Part shown: piece after piece, positions 59,266 to 64,000 of the stretch | Layout: each line of letters opens with the position of its first letter | Position numbering within the stretch: position 1 is the stretch's first letter | Source: Gammaproteobacteria bacterium | GTDB taxonomy: Bacteria > Pseudomonadota > Gammaproteobacteria > HK1 | Assembly (NCBI GenBank): GCA_049282355.1 | Contig: JBAPTW010000152.1 | Span: forward strand, 1,224-65,223 | DNA: 64,000 nt | Direction: 5' to 3' | Made by a program: the position numbers and the translations under genes | The notes under the pieces: model-generated | Database searches by the model: none | The model's input: the letters and a program-made list of their open reading frames with translations, nothing else | Told to the model about the DNA's origin: nothing

Positions 59266-59408
59266 GAAGCTGTTTTAAAAATGTCGCGAGAGCCGGGAGA
59301 CGCAGGCGCACGGCGGCGAGCAACCGGAGTGTACATGGGAGTACATGAGGATTGCGAGCCAGCGCGCAACGCAGCTCAGGCAAGCGCAGTAGTTTTTAAA
59401 ACAGCTTC
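59266..59408. mobile_element. Complete MITE-like element (143 bp)
   Basis: Same length as the 40195-40337 copy and collinear with it along its whole length, with scattered substitutions in the arms (by-eye alignment; identity not computed). Flanked by TCA on both sides (59263-59265 and 59409-59411). The right TCA is the stop (TGA) of the Sel1-repeat gene. Confidence 0.85.
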
Positions 59409-59837
59409 TCAGGCGTTGAATCCTGCCTCATCATAAAGGCGCTTGGCTTGCTCCGGATCCCGTTCAACTCCGCGGCCCTGCTCGTACATGATAGCAAGTG
59501 TCGTCATGGAGCCGACCAAGCCCTGGTCCGCCGCCCGGCGAAACCACACGGCAGCCTCCGCCTCGTTTTGCTCGGTGCATTCACCTTCCAGGTACATGAA
59601 GCCAAGTCCATGTTGAGCAAGCCCATATCCTTGCTTCGCCGCAGCTCGCATCCACTGGTACGCCATCGCTTCGTTTGGTACGACACCGAGGCCATTTTGG
59701 AACATGATAGCCAAGCGAAACTGCGCTTCCGGGCGACCGCTTTCCGCAAGCGGTGAAAGCAGTTGCATGGCCCGCCGAAACTCCTTCGCCTCAAAGGCAG
59801 CGACGCCACTGGCAAAGTCCATATCCACATCAGGCAT
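59409..59837 (-). CDS. Sel1-repeat (TPR-like) protein
   Basis: Repeated A..W...AA.QG...AQ..LG.MY..G.GV modules. ATG at 59837 (MPDVDMDF). Confidence 0.85.
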   Translation of the reverse strand: MPDVDMDFASGVAAFEAKEFRRAMQLLSPLAESGRPEAQFRLAIMFQNGLGVVPNEAMAYQWMRAAAKQGYGLAQHGLGFMYLEGECTEQNEAEAAVWFRRAADQGLVGSMTTLAIMYEQGRGVERDPEQAKRLYDEAGFNA

Positions 59838-60067
59838 AATTGCTTTCCGCTTATCTGTATTGGAACTCTGTATTGAGACAGCAGGGCACTTAAGATCGCG
59901 CCATACCACGCCTATTTTTTGTTTTATTTTGCCAGATTTGGGCAACCCGTGCGAATTGATAAAGATTGTAAGGAATGAGAAGCTGACTGTACCTTCACGC
60001 GCATGTCACGGCCTGTCCGAAAAGCGGCTAAAGCGACTCCTGCTACAATGCATGCGGTTTACGCGAC

Positions 60068-60505
60068 ATGGAAACTGGCAAAGATTATGAGCATCGCCGC
60101 GTCGTAACGGCCTTTTTGCGTCGCGACGGCAAACTGCTCCTGGTACGACGTAGCCCACGTGTGGGTACCTATCAAGGCCGTTGGTCGGCGATAAGCGGCT
60201 ATTTGGAAAGCTCTGCCTACGAACAAGCGTTACAGGAAATCGTCGAAGAAACCCGCTTGAGTGAGGAAGACGTGAAACTGATGGCGGCAGCCGATCCCCT
60301 TGAGGTGATCGATGCAACCCTTGGCATCTGCTGGACTATCCATCCCTTTCTCTTTGAGGTATCTACCTCAGCCAGGATCCGACTCGACTGGGAAAATACC
60401 GAATTTCGTTGGGTGACTGTCAATGAGCTGGATAGCTACGCCACCGTTCCAGCCCTCAAGGATGCCCTGGCACGTTGCCTTGAGACCGCTGAAAATAGCC
60501 GGTAA
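60068..60505 (+). CDS. NUDIX hydrolase
   Basis: The Nudix box region GRWSAISGYLESSAYEQALQEIVEETRL fits GX5EX7REUXEEXGU loosely. Confidence 0.8.
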   Translation: METGKDYEHRRVVTAFLRRDGKLLLVRRSPRVGTYQGRWSAISGYLESSAYEQALQEIVEETRLSEEDVKLMAAADPLEVIDATLGICWTIHPFLFEVSTSARIRLDWENTEFRWVTVNELDSYATVPALKDALARCLETAENSR

Positions 60506-60580
60506 GTGGATTATCTTGAGCGCACTTCCCAACGAAACCAGATTGGACTGCGTTCCGTGGGGCCGATATACCCGCCACCT

Positions 60581-60676
60581 GAGGGTTGTGAAGGAACCGT
60601 AGCAAGCAGCCCGAGAGCAAGACCGATGGCGGCGCGCCCTTCTTCTGCCAAGCAGAGTAATTTCTCAAACAGCCTC
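60581..60676. mobile_element. Short variant (96 bp) of the MITE-like family, GAGGGTTGTGAAG...CAAACAGCCTC subtype
   Basis: GAGGGTTGTGAAGGAACCGTAGCAAGCAGC...GTAATTTCTCAAACAGCCTC followed by TAA. It lies between the convergent NUDIX and EF-G genes. Confidence 0.7.
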
Positions 60677-60696
60677 TAAAGTCACGAGGGTGGCCG

Positions 60697-62748
60697 CTAC
60701 CAAAGCCCCTTTAATATCCTCTCCATCAGCTCCCGGGGGACCGGTGCAAAATGGTCAAACTCCATAGTGAACGACCCGCGACCATGGGTTGCAGAACGCA
60801 GCTCCGTCGCATAACCAAACATCTCGCTCAAAGGCACCATACCACGAATGGCCTGGATCCCTCCTGGACCCGGTCTGGTACCGAGAATATCGCAACGCCG
60901 GGCCACCAGCTGCCCTAGAGTCTCTCCAGTGAACTTCTCTGGCACCAACACCTCCAGCTTGCAAATTGGCTCCAACAACACCGCAACCCCCTGGCGAAGT
61001 CCCTCGCGGAAAGCGAGCGCGGCGGCGTTGTAAAAGGCTTGCTCGCTCGAGTCCAACTCGTGATATGCACCCCCTTTAAGGATGACGACGATGTCGTCGA
61101 CCTTGTTCCCTGCGAGGAAGCCGCTCTCGGCCGCATCCCGCATCCCCTTTTCCACGCTCGGGAGATAGACCGAAGATACGCTGGTACCGTTGGTTTCATC
61201 CCGAAACTGGATCCCGACACCGCGCTCGGCTGGCGATAGTGCAAGCACGACCTGAGCGAAGTGTGAACGCCCTCCGGCATGTCGATCGAACAGCCCCTCC
61301 ACGCGTGGTACCGGCCGTGTAATGGTTTCCTTGTAGCTTACCCGAGGCTTGCCGGTGCGAACGGCTACCCCGTAATCGCGGTGCAGGCGATCCACCAACA
61401 CCTCAAGGTGCAACTCCCCCATTCCGGACAGGATAGTCTGTCCCGTGTTCTCATCGACACTGACGCGGCAAGTGGGATCCTCCTCCGCCAGGGAGCGAAG
61501 TGCCTGCTGTAGACGCTCTTCATCGGCCGTCGCCTTCGGCTCCAGTGCGAGATTGATCACCGGCTCCGGAAAGGTGATGGATTCAAGCACCACCGGCGCG
61601 TCCGCTGTACAGAGCGTATCACCGGTAAAGACACTCTTCATGCCAAGGACCGCCGCAATGTCACCGGCCCCGATCCGGTCGATATCCTCTCGACGATCGG
61701 CGTAAATGCGCACCAGCCGCCCCACACGTTCGCGCCGGTCACGAACCGGGTTTAGCACCATGTCACCAATATTGAGCGCCCCCGAGTACACTCTTAGGTA
61801 GGCGAGTCGGCCGACGTAGGGATCGGTGACTACCTTGAAGGCGAGCGCCGCCAGAGGGGCCTGCTCGTCAGGCGGACATTCAATGTCGGCGCCCGTGCTC
61901 GGGCCTTTAGCGTATACGGCGCCCACGTCGCGAGGCGACGGCAAATAGTCGACCACCCCATCCAGAACGGGTTGCACACCTTTGTTACGCAACGCCGCGC
62001 CGCAGTAAACCGGAAATAACCGATTTTTCAGTGTCGCCCGGCGAAGCGCCTCCTTAATCTCGACGAGATCAAGCGCACACCCCTCCAAATACTGCTCGAG
62101 CAAGCGATCATCAGTTTCTACGATCCGTTCCAAGAGTTCCGTTCGCGCCTGCGCCGCCGCGGTGCGGTAATCCTTTGGGATAGGCTGAATGTCACGTCTG
62201 GCGCCGAACTCATCCGCCCAGCGAATCGCTTGCATCGTCAGCAAATCGATAACGCCCTCGAAACCTGCCTCTGCGCCAATAGGCAGCTGCAACGCCACCG
62301 CGTTGGCGCCGAGACGCTCACGCATCATTCCCAGCACGCGCGCAAAATCGGCGCCGATGCGATCCATTTTATTGATGAAACAAATGCGCGGAACACGGTA
62401 GTGGTCGGCTTGGCGCCAAACGGTTTCGCTTTGGGGCTCGACCCCGTGCACCGCATCGAACACCACGATACCGCCATCTAGCACGCGCATCACTCGTTGC
62501 ACCTCGGCCGTAAAGTCAATATGGCCCGGGGTGTCGATCAAATTAATTTGCTCGTCTCGCCAAACGGCGGTAATGGCGGCGGACACAATGGTGATGCCGC
62601 GCTCTCGCTCCTGAGGCATCCAATCCGTCACGGTCGTGCCAGAGTCCACTGACCCCAGGCGATGAGTTCGCCCCATGTAATAGAGCATACGTTCCGTCGT
62701 GGTGGTCTTGCCGGCGTCGATATGCGCAATGATGCCAATGTTACGCAC
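60697..62748 (-). CDS. Elongation factor G paralogue (stand-alone)
   Basis: NIGIIAHIDAGKTTTTERMLYY, DTPGHIDF and NKMDR. 683 aa. Not flanked by rpsG or tuf. Confidence 0.92.
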   Translation of the reverse strand: MRNIGIIAHIDAGKTTTTERMLYYMGRTHRLGSVDSGTTVTDWMPQERERGITIVSAAITAVWRDEQINLIDTPGHIDFTAEVQRVMRVLDGGIVVFDAVHGVEPQSETVWRQADHYRVPRICFINKMDRIGADFARVLGMMRERLGANAVALQLPIGAEAGFEGVIDLLTMQAIRWADEFGARRDIQPIPKDYRTAAAQARTELLERIVETDDRLLEQYLEGCALDLVEIKEALRRATLKNRLFPVYCGAALRNKGVQPVLDGVVDYLPSPRDVGAVYAKGPSTGADIECPPDEQAPLAALAFKVVTDPYVGRLAYLRVYSGALNIGDMVLNPVRDRRERVGRLVRIYADRREDIDRIGAGDIAAVLGMKSVFTGDTLCTADAPVVLESITFPEPVINLALEPKATADEERLQQALRSLAEEDPTCRVSVDENTGQTILSGMGELHLEVLVDRLHRDYGVAVRTGKPRVSYKETITRPVPRVEGLFDRHAGGRSHFAQVVLALSPAERGVGIQFRDETNGTSVSSVYLPSVEKGMRDAAESGFLAGNKVDDIVVILKGGAYHELDSSEQAFYNAAALAFREGLRQGVAVLLEPICKLEVLVPEKFTGETLGQLVARRCDILGTRPGPGGIQAIRGMVPLSEMFGYATELRSATHGRGSFTMEFDHFAPVPRELMERILKGLW

Positions 62749-62790
62749 GTGCTGGGTCCCGCTTTGGCTCTGTTGGATTTCTTAACTTAT

Positions 62791-63420
62791 TCACTCACGC
62801 ACGTCGAGGTTGAGACTGTAGGTGCCCGTGATTTTCGCCTTCGCCAGCACCTGCCCTTCGATTGCCTTAAGAACATCGGCTGCAGTGAACTTCTCACCCA
62901 CAGGGCAACGTGCCAAATCGAGGGCATAAAGGGTGAAGTGGTAGTGATGGACAATGGAATCATTCCACGGCGGGCAGGGACCGTCGTAGCCGAAATAGTC
63001 GCCCGCCATATCGGGGTCATTGGCAAACCACTCCGTATAGCTGTTAATACCCTGGCGCGTGCCCCGCGGCGCCGCAGGCCCAGTCTTTCCTTGCGCCGTC
63101 ACGCCCTCGGAAAACTCCCCGGCTTGAATGGCGACGGCATCGGCAGGGAGATCCACAAGGACCCAATGATAGAAATCAACGCGCGCCAGCTCTGGCGGCA
63201 CCACTCGGCCTTCCTTGTTGACATCGTCTGGCTTACTCGGCACATCGCTATCATGGCAAATCAGCACCAACGATTTGGTCCCTTGCGGGACTTCTTCCCA
63301 GGAGAGCGCAGGATTCTGGTTGGCACCCAAGGCGACGTGCTTTTCCCGATCGGGAACACAGAACGCGTACTGCGCTGGAATCGGGCTGTTGTCGCTGAAG
63401 CTCGCGCTTTTTAATTTCAT
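62791..63420 (-). CDS. YbhB/YbcL (PEBP / Raf kinase inhibitor-like) family protein
   Basis: The ATG at 63420 has GGAGG upstream. MKLKSASFSDNSPIPAQYAF...SWEEVP.GTKSLVLICHDSD...HWVLVDLP...YDGPCPP...HHYHFTLYALD. Confidence 0.85.
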   Translation of the reverse strand: MKLKSASFSDNSPIPAQYAFCVPDREKHVALGANQNPALSWEEVPQGTKSLVLICHDSDVPSKPDDVNKEGRVVPPELARVDFYHWVLVDLPADAVAIQAGEFSEGVTAQGKTGPAAPRGTRQGINSYTEWFANDPDMAGDYFGYDGPCPPWNDSIVHHYHFTLYALDLARCPVGEKFTAADVLKAIEGQVLAKAKITGTYSLNLDVRE

Positions 63421-63563
63421 GATTACCTCCTTATTTCGGTATGATGACATGCCATTGCTAATGCCATAACCATCGCCTAAAGTTCGAGTCACTTAGGGGG
63501 GACCGTTGCGGTGTCATACGGCACTTGCAGATGCTGACGGCCACGAGAGGAAAAGGTTACAAG

Positions 63564-64000
63564 ATGAGACGCATCACCATCATCGGCGCAGGTTTTGCCG
63601 CGCTGACGGCAATTCGCACCCTGCGTGCAAAAGACAAAGCGATACACCTCACTGTGATTGCCCCCCAGCCGGAATTCCTGTTCTATCCGAGCCTCATCTG
63701 GATCCCCTCCGGATTGCGTTCGAGCAGGGACGTTGTCGTACCCTTGGAAGGATTCTTCCAACGCCTGCGCGTTCACTTTCACGCGGGCGCAGCGCTCGGG
63801 CTCGAGGACGCAGGTCGTACCGTTCTCACCTCCCAAGGTAAGGTGCAAAACGACGGCCTCATCATCGCCTGCGGCGGGCGTTATATCAAGAAACTCCCCG
63901 GCATCGAACATGCTATCACTCCGTGCCAGGGGGTCGCAGAAGCGGAGGCTTTTCGTGACCGCCTGCAGGCGCTTGACAGCGGTACCATAGCCATTGGCTT
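63564..64000 (+). CDS. FAD-dependent pyridine nucleotide-disulfide oxidoreductase (SQR / NDH-2-like), N-terminal part, continues beyond window
   Basis: Own translation from the ATG at 63564: MRRITIIGAGFAALTAIRTLRAKDKAIHLTVIAPQPEFLFYPSLIWIPSG...LIIACGG. This frame is open to the window end and is not in the ORF track. Confidence 0.7.
   Translation, partial: MRRITIIGAGFAALTAIRTLRAKDKAIHLTVIAPQPEFLFYPSLIWIPSGLRSSRDVVVPLEGFFQRLRVHFHAGAALGLEDAGRTVLTSQGKVQNDGLIIACGGRYIKKLPGIEHAITPCQGVAEAEAFRDRLQALDSGTIAIG

Noticed and set aside
63489-63911. 140-aa minus-strand ORF.
   Set aside because: It is antisense to a clear FAD-oxidoreductase N-terminus (GAGFAAL Rossmann motif) on the plus strand.

Overview
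GC-rich (about 58-60%) bacterial chromosomal segment, proteobacterial in gene content (inference). I found no rRNA, tRNA, CRISPR array, transposase or phage genes. The first 25 kb is mostly housekeeping: telA/xpaC-like genes, lon, moaA, a lone nuoB, pcm, an OmpA-type lipoprotein, an MFS transporter and a DegP/DegQ protease. It also holds an unusual 1219-aa tandem-duplicated GlgB. The dominant feature is a roughly 25 kb alpha-glucan metabolism supercluster (32.6-57.0 kb), plus a GH31 glucosidase at 26 kb. It contains a second glgB, a GlgE-like GH13, glgA, a GH57, a pullulanase-type debranching enzyme, a CE4 deacetylase, pgi, malQ and glgC. Embedded in it is the most interesting system. Two adjacent ~1170-aa dikinases look like plant GWD1 (tandem CBM45-like modules) and plant PWD/GWD3. 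The PWD-like protein has an N-terminal xylose-isomerase-like TIM barrel instead of a CBM. It is followed by a standalone TIM-barrel paralogue, and a phasin gene diverges from the GWD-like gene. This suggests a starch-like reversible glucan phosphorylation system in a bacterium. The second recurring signal is an uncharacterised MITE-like repeat family with termini GAAGCTGTTTTAAAAA / TTTTTAAAACAGCTTC. I count about 20 full, long, short or partial copies. Complete copies are flanked by 3-bp TNA duplications that often coincide with stop codons of neighbouring genes. A gene-decay patch at 23.5-24.9 kb carries an ftsH fragment, a truncated trxC and an orphan cbpM. All functional calls rest on my own reading of the translated ORFs and remembered family motifs; no database search was run.
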